DNA of 64,000 nt, from the NCBI GenBank assembly GCA_041937175.2, contig CP166615.1, positions 832,001 through 896,000 on the forward strand, read 5' to 3'. How positions within the stretch are numbered: position 1 is the first letter of the stretch; each line of letters begins with the position of its first letter. A program made the position numbers and the translations under genes. The notes under the pieces were generated by a model. The model did no database searches. It saw nothing but the letters and a program-made list of their open reading frames with translations, and was not told where the DNA came from. Shown here piece after piece: positions 19,524 through 31,310 of the stretch. The stretch is from Limnothrix sp. BL-A-16. Lineage in GTDB: Bacteria > Cyanobacteriota > Cyanobacteriia > CACIAM-69d.

Positions 19524-22500
19524 TCAGCCCTCGATCGGTAGTTGAATCCGAAATTCAGCGCCTTGTCCTGGCTCCGATTCAACGGTCAGACTGCCGCTGT
19601 GTTTATCGACGACGATTTGTTGGGCGATCGCGAGACCCAATCCTGTGCCTTTTCCTACGGATTTTGTGGTGAATAAATGATCAAAAATCCTTGATTGCAC
19701 TTCAGCACTCATCCCTTTGCCATTATCTTGAATAGTAATTTGTACCCGATCGTCAACTAGCGTTGTGCTGATCGTGATTTGTTGAGGATTTGCTTCTAAT
19801 TCCTTGAACGATCGCCCCTGGGCCAGCTCATCAAACATATCGATCGCATTAGCCAGGATATTCATAAACACCTGATTAAGCTGTCCCGGGAAGCAATCGA
19901 TCGGGGGTATTTCACCATAGTTAGTAATCACCTCGATCGCGGGTCGGTTCGCATTCGCCTTGAGCCGATATTTCAGAATCAGCAGAGTGCTATCAATCCC
20001 TTCATGCAGGTTGGCGCTGACTTTGTACTCCGTATCGGCACGGGAGAAAGTCCGCAAGCTAGTACTAATCGATTTGATGCGATCGGTTGCCCCTTGCATG
20101 GAATTCAAGAGTTGGGGCAAGTCTTCGCAAACATATTCCAAATCAATATCTTCAGCGTGATCTTGAATCGGAGAAGTAGGACTAGGATAATGCTGCTGAT
20201 ATAGGGCTAGATGTTCAAGCAAGTCCTGTACGTGCTCTTTGCCATTATTGATGCTGCCATTCAGAAAGCCGATCGGGTTGTTAATTTCATGGGCAACCCC
20301 TGCCACTAGGTTTCCTAGCGATGCCATCTTCTCGCTCTGCACCATTTGTAACTGAGCATTTTGCAAGTCAGTGAGGGTTTGCTGAACCTGTGAATAAAGA
20401 CGAGCGTTCTCAAGCGAAATGGCAGCTTGAGTACAGAGGAAGTTGAGGATCAGCAGGCGATCGCTCGTAAACACTTGACTTGTAGATCGATTCTCTAAAT
20501 ACAAAATTCCCATCAGTTTTGCTTGATTCAAAATCGGTAAGCACAATACACTTTTGGGTCGTTGTTGACTCAAGTACTCATCAAGCACAGGTAAATCTGT
20601 TTTCCCATCATTAATGACTACCGTTTCTTGGATATTTTTGACATATTGAATGAGTTGAATAGGAACTGTAGTATTGTTTTTTAAGGAATCTGCATAAAGT
20701 TCAGTTGTTTCAAGGGTGGCAATAGCGACAACTGACCATTCTCCACTGGAATTAGGCAAGGTCAAGGCACAGCGATCACCTCCAGAGTTCTGCAAAATAA
20801 TTTGAGTGAGTTGATGTAATAATTCATCAATTTGAATCGTCCCAGCAAGGTTTTGAGAGGCTCTGAGGATGGTGGCAAAGTCAAGAACTGCGTTGACACT
20901 GGAGCTAGAGGAAAAATTGGGAGCAGTAGAAGAATGGAGCGAAAGATTAGGAGCAGCAATAGTTGCAAAGCTTTCTAGAATATTGAAGGGCTGAGTTGCA
21001 GCTTGGAGAATGGGGCGTAATAAGTGGGGATAGCAAGTTTCCAGGTCGTCAGTTTTGGCTTTGGCCCCCCATTTAGCGTAGCAATAGTAGGCTTCTTGCA
21101 TGTAGCCAGCAGCAACCTTGTCTTTGTCCCAACTCAAATAAAACTTCGCAGCGAGTTCATTAGCTAAGCCTTCTTCTTGGATATATTCGTTAGCTTTGGC
21201 TTCAGCAATTGCGCGATCATAATAGTCTGCCGCTTCATATCTTTTACCGAATACTCGATATCGTTCTGCTTCAACTAAAAGGTATTTATGTAGAAAATTC
21301 TCTGGACAGCTATTTGACCAATTTCGCAGGCGTGATTGATTTGATTGAATTTGATCTGAAGCGTTTCTTTTGTTTTTTTTGGATAAGTTCAGATATAGGT
21401 TAAGTAAAATCAATGAGCCATAGTAATAATAACCGCTAGAAGTTGTCGCGCCGCCAATCGCACTCATCCTTTTTTCTGTCTCCACTAATTGATCATAGCC
21501 TTGCTGGAAGTCTCCCTTCAAACAGCAGAGATGAATCTTGAGAACATAAGAAAGACAAACTGAAAGCCATGCTTGTGATGCTGCTCCATCTTGAACAATT
21601 TTTTCTACTTCTAAGATCTCCTGATCCAGTGTTTGAGTATTTTGCTTGACCCCTAAATGCATAATGAAGCTTCTTGCACCAGCTAGTGCCACCCTCAAAA
21701 GCTCATCCTGAGTATGTTTTGCTACCAATTCATAGGTTTCAATTTTTTCTAAAATAATGGCTAAATTCTCTCCTTGAAATAATTGGTTATAAACTTCTCC
21801 AAACAAATTATAGGCTGCAAACTGATTTTCTCCTGCCACCATTCCTGCCAAAAAGCCTTCATAGTTAAGGTTGGCTGCTCCTATAAGAGGCTTTGCCCAA
21901 GCTTGAATCCAAAATCCCAGTAAAAATGTAGCTTTGCACCGTTGGGATGGGCTGTTGAGTTTGTAACTTAATTGCATTGCCAAATCAGCAAACTCATAAC
22001 CTTGTTGATATTGCCCCTCTGTTAAACTGAGTATCAGACCATAATTTGCATAAGCCTTAATCGATTCAGCCAGATTGCCGTATTCCATTGAGAAGCGAAC
22101 TGCCCTTAAAGCAATCAATTCATAAAGTTCAAAGTTGGCTGAAATATAAGCTGGTGCATCTAAAGCCATCAATAACTTCATCGCGGTTTGAATTCTAACA
22201 TTATTCATGCTTGGTAAATTTAATAGAGAGATAATAGGGCGATCGCCTAAAGCGTTAGCAGTATCAGCCAACTCTTGACGTATGAGTTTTATCGTATTTT
22301 CATTTTGAATAATCTCAATTTCAAGATCGCTTAATCCATGCAATCCTGTTTTAATTGCTTGCTCGAAATCACCCTGAAGCGTATATTTGATGATTTCAAA
22401 AAGGTAAAACTCTGCTCGATCAATAGGGGTGAAAATATGATCTAAGGCAATTGTGATTATGCTGCTTAAATTTTCATAATTGTTATTGCTCAAGTATGCA

Positions 22501-24932
22501 GAGGCAAGACTTCGATATAGGCTAAATATTAAGTTATAGTCATCTACCCACATCTGTTCTCCTAGCCAAGAAATACCAATTTCTAGATATTCAATAGCCG
22601 CTTGGTAAGCGGTAGATGCGATTGCCTTTTGTCCGGCTGCCAAGTTCAGCTCTGCTAGTTCTTTTCGTTTGGTTGGTTGAATAACCAGCGTCTTGCCATA
22701 ATTCAATTGACCTACCAATTCAAAGATGCGTAGATCTTTCTCTACAGGAGAAAGGCTCTTCAAAAGTAAGCTACCAATGTGGTAGTGAATGGATTGTATT
22801 TGCTCTGGTGGAATCAAAGAATAAGCTGCTTGTTGAACCCGATCATGCAAAAACTTATAGTTAAGAGTCTGAGACGGATTAGCATGATCTATCTCAGTAT
22901 CACTTAAATAAAATTTACAAACCTCGCCTTGAGGTATAACTAGACCTTCTTGCAACATTGTCCACAATGATGTTGCTACTTCTGTTTGGGATTGCTCCGA
23001 GACAATCGCCAAAGTCTGCAAATCAAACTCTGCTCCAATACAAGCTGCTAATTTGAGAATATTTTGTATTGCTGTTGGTAATTTCTGTAGCTGCAACGCT
23101 ATAAATTCCACCACATCATCCGTCAATGCAGCATCCCGCATGAGAACAATATCACACTGCCAACAGCCTACATCAGCGTCAAAAGTAATCATTTTTTCCT
23201 GATACAAAGCTCTGAGAAACTGGGCGGCAAAAAATGGATTTCCTTGGGTCTTTTGCATCACTAATTCAGTTAAAGGCTGTGCTAGTGAATCAACGCAGTG
23301 AAGCGTATCAGTAACTAACTGATTTAAGCTAATCTGATTCAAAGGTTCCAACTTAATTGTATTCACAGTTATCCCCGCTTTCCTGATCGTGTTTAACGTA
23401 GACATCAACGAATGTGCTGCAAATACTTCATTATCTCGATAGGCTCCCAACATAAGCAGATAGCCATTGTCATTCATCAATAGTTTTATCAATTGTAGTG
23501 AAGCTAAATCTGCCCACTGCAAATCATCCAAAAATATTACTAAAGGATGCTCTGGAGTTGTGAAAACTCGAATGAATCTCTGGAATAGTAAATTAAACCG
23601 ATTCTGAGCTGCAATCCCTGATAATTCAGTTGTTGCAGGTTGCTGCCCAATAATTCGTTCGAGTTCAGGAATTACCTCAACAATCACCTGACCACTATCT
23701 CCCAAGGCTGTCAAAATCTTATGCTTCCAGAGTTGCAACTGAGAATCACTTTCACTCAACAACTGTGCCATTAAACTGCGAAAGGCTTGAACAAAGGCGC
23801 TGAAGGGAATGTTTCGGTTGAATTGATCAAACTTGCCTTTGAGGAAATAGCCTTTCCGCTGAGTGATTGGTTTATGGACTTCATTCACAACAGCAGTTTT
23901 ACCGATGCCGGAAAATCCTGCTACGAGCATTAATTCTGATGCGCCTTGGGAGACTCGCTCAAAGGAGCTGAGAAGGATCTGAACTTCTGTTTCGCGACCG
24001 TAGAGCTTTTCAGGAATTAAGAAGCGATCACTCAGATCTCGTTGTCCCAATTCAAACTCAGTAATTGTGTCTGTTGCTTCCCACTGGCTTAAGCATTGCT
24101 GCAAATCATGCTGAAGACCCAGAGCACTTTGGTATCGATCCTCAGCATTTTTAGCCATCAGTTTTGCCACAATCGCCCCTATGATCTTGGGCACTGACAT
24201 ATTCACCTGATCCACAGGCTGCGCTGTCTTAGCAATATGACAATGCAGCAACTCCAAGGGATCATCGGATTCAAAAGGTAATTGCCCAGTTAATAGTTGG
24301 TAGAGCGTCACCCCCAGAGCATAGTAATCGGCACGATAATCAATGCCCCGATTCATGCGCCCAGTTTGCTCAGGAGCCAGGTAGGTTAACGTTCCTTCCA
24401 GGATATTTGGATTCTGAATTTCTTGATTTTCTTTAGGTAGTAAAGAAGCGATGCTGAAATCAATTAATTTAACCTCTTTTGATTCAGGATTAATTAGAAT
24501 ATTGGCAGGCTTAATATCCTTATGAATGACGCGCTGTTGATGCAGATCGTGCAGAATTGTAGCTAGCTGTAGGGCAATCTTGAGCACTTCGACCCAATTG
24601 AGCGTGTGCTGCTGTAGGTATTGACTCAGGGATAATCCTCCCCAATCTTCCATCACTAGAGCATATCCATTACCCAAAGTTTGAAGGCTCAGGGGATGGA
24701 TAATTCCTGGTAAATTGAGGTTTTTGGCGATCTCGTATTGATTCCGAAACTGCACCAATTCGCTGAAGGTGGGATAGTCCGACAGCAGTACTTTAACTAC
24801 CACCGATCTCTGGTCAGCGTTCTGTATTCCTCGATAGACGGCTGTTTTTGACCCTCGATAGAGCTGCTCAGTGAGCGTATAACCAACAATTGCAGGCCCT
24901 GACTGGGATGAAGAGCTAGTGAGGGGTGACAT
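19524..24932 (-). CDS. HstK-type Ser/Thr kinase-AAA-GAF-histidine kinase (no PAS)
   Basis: HKDIKPANI, DFS, APE; GFSGIGKT; DDLQW; FLHDRVQQAAY; GAF; AHEINNP; GKGTGLGL. Confidence 0.93.
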   Translation of the reverse strand: MSPLTSSSSQSGPAIVGYTLTEQLYRGSKTAVYRGIQNADQRSVVVKVLLSDYPTFSELVQFRNQYEIAKNLNLPGIIHPLSLQTLGNGYALVMEDWGGLSLSQYLQQHTLNWVEVLKIALQLATILHDLHQQRVIHKDIKPANILINPESKEVKLIDFSIASLLPKENQEIQNPNILEGTLTYLAPEQTGRMNRGIDYRADYYALGVTLYQLLTGQLPFESDDPLELLHCHIAKTAQPVDQVNMSVPKIIGAIVAKLMAKNAEDRYQSALGLQHDLQQCLSQWEATDTITEFELGQRDLSDRFLIPEKLYGRETEVQILLSSFERVSQGASELMLVAGFSGIGKTAVVNEVHKPITQRKGYFLKGKFDQFNRNIPFSAFVQAFRSLMAQLLSESDSQLQLWKHKILTALGDSGQVIVEVIPELERIIGQQPATTELSGIAAQNRFNLLFQRFIRVFTTPEHPLVIFLDDLQWADLASLQLIKLLMNDNGYLLMLGAYRDNEVFAAHSLMSTLNTIRKAGITVNTIKLEPLNQISLNQLVTDTLHCVDSLAQPLTELVMQKTQGNPFFAAQFLRALYQEKMITFDADVGCWQCDIVLMRDAALTDDVVEFIALQLQKLPTAIQNILKLAACIGAEFDLQTLAIVSEQSQTEVATSLWTMLQEGLVIPQGEVCKFYLSDTEIDHANPSQTLNYKFLHDRVQQAAYSLIPPEQIQSIHYHIGSLLLKSLSPVEKDLRIFELVGQLNYGKTLVIQPTKRKELAELNLAAGQKAIASTAYQAAIEYLEIGISWLGEQMWVDDYNLIFSLYRSLASAYLSNNNYENLSSIITIALDHIFTPIDRAEFYLFEIIKYTLQGDFEQAIKTGLHGLSDLEIEIIQNENTIKLIRQELADTANALGDRPIISLLNLPSMNNVRIQTAMKLLMALDAPAYISANFELYELIALRAVRFSMEYGNLAESIKAYANYGLILSLTEGQYQQGYEFADLAMQLSYKLNSPSQRCKATFLLGFWIQAWAKPLIGAANLNYEGFLAGMVAGENQFAAYNLFGEVYNQLFQGENLAIILEKIETYELVAKHTQDELLRVALAGARSFIMHLGVKQNTQTLDQEILEVEKIVQDGAASQAWLSVCLSYVLKIHLCCLKGDFQQGYDQLVETEKRMSAIGGATTSSGYYYYGSLILLNLYLNLSKKNKRNASDQIQSNQSRLRNWSNSCPENFLHKYLLVEAERYRVFGKRYEAADYYDRAIAEAKANEYIQEEGLANELAAKFYLSWDKDKVAAGYMQEAYYCYAKWGAKAKTDDLETCYPHLLRPILQAATQPFNILESFATIAAPNLSLHSSTAPNFSSSSSVNAVLDFATILRASQNLAGTIQIDELLHQLTQIILQNSGGDRCALTLPNSSGEWSVVAIATLETTELYADSLKNNTTVPIQLIQYVKNIQETVVINDGKTDLPVLDEYLSQQRPKSVLCLPILNQAKLMGILYLENRSTSQVFTSDRLLILNFLCTQAAISLENARLYSQVQQTLTDLQNAQLQMVQSEKMASLGNLVAGVAHEINNPIGFLNGSINNGKEHVQDLLEHLALYQQHYPSPTSPIQDHAEDIDLEYVCEDLPQLLNSMQGATDRIKSISTSLRTFSRADTEYKVSANLHEGIDSTLLILKYRLKANANRPAIEVITNYGEIPPIDCFPGQLNQVFMNILANAIDMFDELAQGRSFKELEANPQQITISTTLVDDRVQITIQDNGKGMSAEVQSRIFDHLFTTKSVGKGTGLGLAIAQQIVVDKHSGSLTVESEPGQGAEFRIQLPIEG

Positions 24933-25034
24933 GATTATGGTTAAGGAGAAATCCTACTTTTCAGTATAAGGCTTTCTCCTGGTAATTCGACAACTTTGCA
25001 GTGGTTAGCATCACATCATCAAATGCAATCCACT

Positions 25035-28000
25035 TTAAAAGACAGCCGATGACTTAATCGGTAATTGAATCCGGAATTCAGCGCCTTGTCCTGACTCCGA
25101 CTCAACGGTCAGGCTGCCGCTGTGTTTATCGACGATGATTTGTTGGGCGATCGCTAGACCCAATCCTGTGCCTTTGCCTACGGATTTTGTGGTGAACAAG
25201 TGGTCAAAGATCCTGGATTGTACCTCTGCATTCATCCCTTTGCCGTTATCTCGAATAGCAATTTGTACCCGATCGTCAACTAGCGTTGTGCTGATCGTGA
25301 TCTGTTGAGGATTTGCTTCTAATTCCTTGAACGATCGCCCCTGGGCCGTCTCATCAAACATATCGATCGCATTAGCCAGGATATTCATAAACACCTGATT
25401 AAGCTGTCCCGGGAAGCAATCGATCTGTGGTATTTCGCCATAGTTGGTGATCACCTCGATCGCGGGTCGGTTCGCATTCGCCTTGAGCCGATATTTCAAG
25501 ATTAATAGAGTGCTATCAATCCCTTCATGCAGATTTGCGCTGACCTTATATTCCGTATCGGCACGGGAGAAAGTCCGCAAACTTGTACTAATCGATTTAA
25601 TGCGATCGGTTGCCCCTTGCATGGAATTCAAGAGTTGGGGTAAATCTTCACAGACATATTCCAAATCAATATCTTCAGCGTGATCTTGAATCGGAGAAGT
25701 AGGACTAGGATAATGCTGTTGATATAGAGCTAAATGTTCAAGCAAGTCCTGTACGTGCTCTTTGCCATTATTGATGCTGCCATTCAGAAAGCCGATCGGG
25801 TTGTTAATTTCATGGGCAACCCCTGCCACTAGGTTTCCTAGCGATGCCATCTTCTCGCTCTGCACCATCTGTAACTGAGCATTTTTTAGCTCTTGCAACG
25901 TACGTTCTAGATCTTCAGACTTTTGTTGAATTACAGCTTCAGCCAAAATTCGATCGCTAACATCTTGAATCATTGAAAAGATGCCAATAGCCTTTCCTTT
26001 AGCATCTACCAAAGGTGTATTAATCCATTCACACGTGATGATCGTTCCATCTTTCCGAATGTTCTGATTTAAACTATGGAACCCACCCCTTTGTTCTAGC
26101 AATGCTGTCATGACTTCAGCCACAAGGGGTCTATCCGATTCTGGAACAATCTGAGTTGCGTGGTGATCCAGCATTTCTTCTGCAAGATAACCAAATATTC
26201 TTTCAGCGGATGGATTCCAACTTGCCACCTTAAATTGGTCATTCCATTCAATAATGCCAATAGGTGTTTGTTGAATAAGAAATGTTAGCCTCTCTTGAAA
26301 GTCCCTCAGCGAAGCCTCTGTCGCTTCGCGCTCCTGTGATGCAGCTTTTTGTTCACTGATATCCAACAAAAGCCCATCCCAAACCAACGTTCCATCTGCC
26401 AGTTTTTTAATTCGTGATTCTCCATGAATCCACTTAACTGTTCCAGAAGGGGTAATAATCCTCCCTTCCCACCGCCAAGGCTTTAAGGCTTGAGCTGAAT
26501 CAGCAATCGTTTGACGATACAGCTCAGCATCCTCTGGATGTGTCATGTTCATGAGAATGCGTACGTCGGCGATCGCTCGTTCAGCCGTAACTTCATACAG
26601 GTCGTAACAAGCGTTGCTGATATACGGCATTGATACTGAGCCATCGGTTTTCATGAGGAACTGATACACCACCCCCGGAACGTTATCCACTAGATGATGA
26701 AAGCGGGATTGGGTATTGTCCAACTCATGGAGAGATTGCTCTAGCTGTTGACTGTATTTCTGAGACTGTTGATAAAGTCGCGCATTTTCCAGAGAAATTG
26801 CCGCTTGGGTGCAAAGGAAGTTAAGCACTGCAATGCGATCGCTCGTAAATACGCCGCTAGTGGAGTGATTTTCCAAATGCAAAATAGCTCGTAGTTTTCC
26901 TTGATTGAGAATCGGCAGACATAAGACACTCTTCGGCTGATGCTGCTTCAGGTAATCACCAATCACTGGAAGATCAGTTTTGAGATCATCAACCATCACC
27001 GTCGTCGCAGTATTCTTTACGTATTGAATGAGCTTCACAGGAACCGTTAAATTATTGTCTAGCGGTGCAGAGTGCAAAGTTACTCGCTCTAGGTCTGCTA
27101 TTACCCGTACCTGCCATTGATTCTCTTCGCAGAGCACCAAAGCACATCGGTCTGCTCCAGAGTTCTCAAGCATCGTCTGAGCCAGCATTTGTAGGAGTTC
27201 ATCCAGGGCGATCGTGCTAGCAAAGGTCTGAGCAATTTGCAACAGAGTAGACAGATCCAGAGTCTGGTTAATGTTGCTGGAGGAATGTGTGCGAGGCGTG
27301 GAATGAATTGAATAAGCAGGAGTAGCAAGACTTGAGAAGGTGTCTAAGATAGTCAAGCGTTGGCTGGTTGCTTGCAAAACGGGTTGCAATAATTGAGGAT
27401 AGCGTTCTTCTAAATCTATAACTTTAGCTTTTGCGCCCCAGCGAGAATAGCAGTAATAGGCTTCTTGCATATGGATCGCAGCAACTTTGTCCTTACCCCA
27501 ATCAAGATAAAACTTAGCAGCAAGTTCATTGGCGAGAGCTTCTTCTTGGAGGTATCTATTTTCCTTAGCTCCAATAATGGCAAGATCGTAATATTCTATT
27601 GCTTTATAGGATTCGCCCAATATCCGACGATATTCAGCCTCCATTAAATAAAATTTATGCTGATAATTACTGGGAGCATGAATTGCCCACTGCTGCATAC
27701 TCATTTTCCTCTTGTCTAGTATTTGCAACATACTAGATTGATCAGAACTATCCAAGTCAAAGTAGGATGCAACCTTGGCTAGATAATCATAAAATGTAAA
27801 TATCGATAGCGCGATATTACCTGTAACAGTATCTAGATACTTTTCTGCATGTTGCAAAGCTTCTTGTGATTCAGCAATATACCCCATCAAGAAAAATAAG
27901 CTACCGTGATTTAGGAGTGCGTGAAATAATCCGTGAAAGTCTTGTTGTTGACTGAGATGTTCCAAAGTATTAGCCCGATCAGATTGGGCATCTGAAGTAT

Positions 28001-31000
28001 TAGCATGTTTTTCCTGTAGTAATGACAGAATCGACTCCAAGTAAAATTGAGTCCAATTCATGGCCGAGTCTTGGTTCAAGCTTCTCAATATTTCAATACC
28101 ATCAGCCAACTGTTGCTTGAGTGAACTTAAATTGATTCCAGAAAAATAAGAGCAAAATGAATAATGAAACATTGCGTACCCGGAGAACTCAAGTTCACCT
28201 TGCTCAATTCCCCACTGGTGTACGTTCTTCAGCAATGCAACTACATCATCAATATGATCTCTCCAAACATTAATGAATACACTGACACAAAACATGGTTC
28301 TAACTTGAATCTTACGATCATTAAATTGCTCAGCTAAGATTGTTGCAAGATGCCCAAATTGATATCCATTTTCTATTTTATTTTTGTCACAAAGCAAGAG
28401 TCCATAGCAAGCATAGCCAAATGATGAAAAAGCAGTATTTCCATAGTCCAAAGATAAATCAATTAACTTAAAGACCATTATCTGAAATAATGGTGCGTTA
28501 ATTTGATAAATTGTAGGAACAGCGCATTGAAGAATTTGAACCACAGCCAACCATTTCTTGTCTGTCATTCTTGGCAGTTGACTGAGAGCTTCAATCGAGT
28601 TATTCACCAGACGAAATATCTTAGTCTGTAGCTCTGTGAAGCTTTGGTCTACTGCTTCTGGGCTAGGTTTTTCTGGACAGTTAACTTTTAACTTTCCAAG
28701 CACTTGTAACGCAAGGTTGACAACTTCTTGCTGCTTGGTTTGGGCAGTATATGCTTGAATTTTTGTCTGATAAGCATCAATTTGGTCTAGTACACTGGTA
28801 GTTTGATCTAGTAGAACAGATAACCACTGTTCCATCAATATAAAATCCCCCGAAAGGTAAGCCGTTTCTCCGGCGAGGTTATATAAATCAAGAGCCAGGT
28901 TATATTGAGAAATCCAAATATTTGGAGGTAGTAGAGAAATAGAAATTTTGAGATAGCCAAGTGCTGCATCATAGGCGATGGAGTTCTTTGCTTTCCGGCC
29001 GGCCAGAATATCCAAGCGAATGAGGTTCATCCTATCTGGTTCACTGGCCAAGATCAGATCCAGAGCCTGATTCCAGTGATTCACAATATCGAAAATGCTA
29101 TACTCCAATGCCTCAACGCTTGTGCTTTCTAATAGCAATCGACCAATGCTTAAATGAGTTGACTGTTTTTGATCCCTGGGAATCAAAGAATAAGCCGCTT
29201 GCTGAACCCGATCGTGCAGAAACCGATAGGCTGGATTGGCATGATTTTGAGATTCAAGCTGCTCAACTTCCTCAGATTGAAAAAATTTGTAAATCTGCGT
29301 AATTGGGACGATCAAGCCTTCCTGCAAAGCTCTCCACAGGCAAGTGGCCGCTTCCGTTTGAGATTGCTCTGCCACGATCGCCAAAGTCGATAGATCAAAT
29401 TGCGCACCAATACAGGCCGCTAATTTCAAGATCTCCTGCGTTGCTGTCGGCAGCTTCTGCAACTGCAACGCCATAAACTCCACCACATCATCCGTGAGCG
29501 CCAGGGCATTGACCTGGGCAATGTCACATTGCCAATAGCCTTGGTCTCGGTCAAAGATGATGTACCCATCTTCGTGAAGAGCCTTCAGGAATTGGGTCGT
29601 AAAAAAAGGATTCCCTTGGGTTTTACGATCAACTAATTGCGTCAGCGGCTTCGACAATTCTTGATCGCACTTCAAGGTATCCGCTACTAAACAATTGGTA
29701 TGCTCTAGGCTCAAGGGCAACAAAGTAATCGTATTAACGGTCAAGTTCGCTTTTTCCAATTCCCCGATCGTCAACATCAGGGGATGAACCGGCGAAACTT
29801 CGTTATCTCGATAAGCACCCAACATCAGTAGATAACCACTACTTTCCATGAGCACTTTCAACAATTGCAGCGAAGCAGAATCAGACCACTGCAAGTCATC
29901 TAGAAAAATGACTAACGGATGGTCAATGGTCGTAAAAACCTGAATAAACTTCTGAAATAGCAAGTTAAATCGATTCTGGGCTGCGGTTCCTGAAAGCTCC
30001 GGAGCTGCGGGCTGCTGACCAATGACCTGCTCTAGCTCTGGAATCACCTCAATTAAGACCTGGCCATTTTCGCCAACAGCCTTGAGAATTTGAGCCTTCC
30101 ACTCTGCTAGCTGACCATCAGATTCTGAGAGCAGTTGCCCCATCAGATCCCGCAAAGCTTGCACGAACGCCGAAAGAGGAATGTTGCGATTGAATTGGTC
30201 AAACTTCCCCTTAATGAAATAGCCCTTTTGCTGAGTGATTGGTTTATGAACTTCATTCACAACAGCCGTTTTACCAATTCCCGAAAAGCCCGCCACCAGC
30301 ATCAGCTCTGATGCCCCTTGGGAGACTCGCTCAAAGGAATTGAGCAAGATCTGTACTTCACCCTCACGACCGTAGAGCTTTTCAGGGATTAAGAAGCGAT
30401 CGCTCAGATCTCGCTGTCCCAACTCAAACTCAGTAACTGTGCCTGTTGCTTCCCATTGGCTTAAGCATTGCTGCAAATCATGCTGCAGACCCAGAGCACT
30501 TTGATATCGATCCTCAGCGTTTTTAGCCATCAGTTTTGCCACGATCGCCCCTACGATCTTGGGCACTGATGAATTCACCTGATCCACGGGTTGTGCTGTT
30601 TTAGCAATATGACAATGCAACAACTCCAAGGGATCATTGGAAATGAAGGGCAGCGTATTGGCTATAGTTAGTAATTGATAGAGAGTGATTCCTAGGGAGT
30701 AGTAATCAGCTCGATAGTCAATGCCCCGATTCATGCGCCCGGTTTGCTCAGGAGCCAGGTAAGCTAAAGTTCCCTCTAAGATGTTTGGATTCTGAATCTC
30801 TTGAGTTTCTTTAGGCAACAAAGAAGCAATGCTGAAATCGATTAATTTAATCTCCTGCGATTCAGGATTAATTAGAATATTGGCAGGTTTAATATCTTTA
30901 TGAATAACACGCTGCTGATGTAGATCGTGCAAAATAGTGGTCAGTTGCAGAGCAATCTTGAGCACTTCGACCCAATTGAGTGTGTGCTGCTGTAGGTATT

Positions 31001-31310
31001 GACTCAGGGACAATCCTCCCCAATCTTCCATCACAAGCACATAGCCGTTCCCCAAGGACTGAAGATTCAGGGGGTGAATGATGCCGGGTAAATTGAGGTT
31101 TTTGGCGATCGCGTATTGATTCCGAAACTGCACCAGTTCGCCAAAGGTGGGATAGTCCGACAGCAGGATTTTCAACACCACCGATCGCTGATCCGCATCC
31201 TGGATAGCTCGGTAGACAGCCGTTCGCGATCCCCAATAAAGTTGCTCCGTGATTGTGTAGCCAGCAATTGCAGGCAATGGCCGGGATGAAGAGCTGGTGA
31301 GGAGGGACAT
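25035..31310 (-). CDS. HstK-type Ser/Thr kinase-AAA-GAF-PAS-PAS-histidine kinase
   Basis: Same motifs plus two PAS domains (NVPGVVYQF...HPED; WNPSAERIFGY). Confidence 0.93.
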   Translation of the reverse strand: MSLLTSSSSRPLPAIAGYTITEQLYWGSRTAVYRAIQDADQRSVVLKILLSDYPTFGELVQFRNQYAIAKNLNLPGIIHPLNLQSLGNGYVLVMEDWGGLSLSQYLQQHTLNWVEVLKIALQLTTILHDLHQQRVIHKDIKPANILINPESQEIKLIDFSIASLLPKETQEIQNPNILEGTLAYLAPEQTGRMNRGIDYRADYYSLGITLYQLLTIANTLPFISNDPLELLHCHIAKTAQPVDQVNSSVPKIVGAIVAKLMAKNAEDRYQSALGLQHDLQQCLSQWEATGTVTEFELGQRDLSDRFLIPEKLYGREGEVQILLNSFERVSQGASELMLVAGFSGIGKTAVVNEVHKPITQQKGYFIKGKFDQFNRNIPLSAFVQALRDLMGQLLSESDGQLAEWKAQILKAVGENGQVLIEVIPELEQVIGQQPAAPELSGTAAQNRFNLLFQKFIQVFTTIDHPLVIFLDDLQWSDSASLQLLKVLMESSGYLLMLGAYRDNEVSPVHPLMLTIGELEKANLTVNTITLLPLSLEHTNCLVADTLKCDQELSKPLTQLVDRKTQGNPFFTTQFLKALHEDGYIIFDRDQGYWQCDIAQVNALALTDDVVEFMALQLQKLPTATQEILKLAACIGAQFDLSTLAIVAEQSQTEAATCLWRALQEGLIVPITQIYKFFQSEEVEQLESQNHANPAYRFLHDRVQQAAYSLIPRDQKQSTHLSIGRLLLESTSVEALEYSIFDIVNHWNQALDLILASEPDRMNLIRLDILAGRKAKNSIAYDAALGYLKISISLLPPNIWISQYNLALDLYNLAGETAYLSGDFILMEQWLSVLLDQTTSVLDQIDAYQTKIQAYTAQTKQQEVVNLALQVLGKLKVNCPEKPSPEAVDQSFTELQTKIFRLVNNSIEALSQLPRMTDKKWLAVVQILQCAVPTIYQINAPLFQIMVFKLIDLSLDYGNTAFSSFGYACYGLLLCDKNKIENGYQFGHLATILAEQFNDRKIQVRTMFCVSVFINVWRDHIDDVVALLKNVHQWGIEQGELEFSGYAMFHYSFCSYFSGINLSSLKQQLADGIEILRSLNQDSAMNWTQFYLESILSLLQEKHANTSDAQSDRANTLEHLSQQQDFHGLFHALLNHGSLFFLMGYIAESQEALQHAEKYLDTVTGNIALSIFTFYDYLAKVASYFDLDSSDQSSMLQILDKRKMSMQQWAIHAPSNYQHKFYLMEAEYRRILGESYKAIEYYDLAIIGAKENRYLQEEALANELAAKFYLDWGKDKVAAIHMQEAYYCYSRWGAKAKVIDLEERYPQLLQPVLQATSQRLTILDTFSSLATPAYSIHSTPRTHSSSNINQTLDLSTLLQIAQTFASTIALDELLQMLAQTMLENSGADRCALVLCEENQWQVRVIADLERVTLHSAPLDNNLTVPVKLIQYVKNTATTVMVDDLKTDLPVIGDYLKQHQPKSVLCLPILNQGKLRAILHLENHSTSGVFTSDRIAVLNFLCTQAAISLENARLYQQSQKYSQQLEQSLHELDNTQSRFHHLVDNVPGVVYQFLMKTDGSVSMPYISNACYDLYEVTAERAIADVRILMNMTHPEDAELYRQTIADSAQALKPWRWEGRIITPSGTVKWIHGESRIKKLADGTLVWDGLLLDISEQKAASQEREATEASLRDFQERLTFLIQQTPIGIIEWNDQFKVASWNPSAERIFGYLAEEMLDHHATQIVPESDRPLVAEVMTALLEQRGGFHSLNQNIRKDGTIITCEWINTPLVDAKGKAIGIFSMIQDVSDRILAEAVIQQKSEDLERTLQELKNAQLQMVQSEKMASLGNLVAGVAHEINNPIGFLNGSINNGKEHVQDLLEHLALYQQHYPSPTSPIQDHAEDIDLEYVCEDLPQLLNSMQGATDRIKSISTSLRTFSRADTEYKVSANLHEGIDSTLLILKYRLKANANRPAIEVITNYGEIPQIDCFPGQLNQVFMNILANAIDMFDETAQGRSFKELEANPQQITISTTLVDDRVQIAIRDNGKGMNAEVQSRIFDHLFTTKSVGKGTGLGLAIAQQIIVDKHSGSLTVESESGQGAEFRIQLPIKSSAVF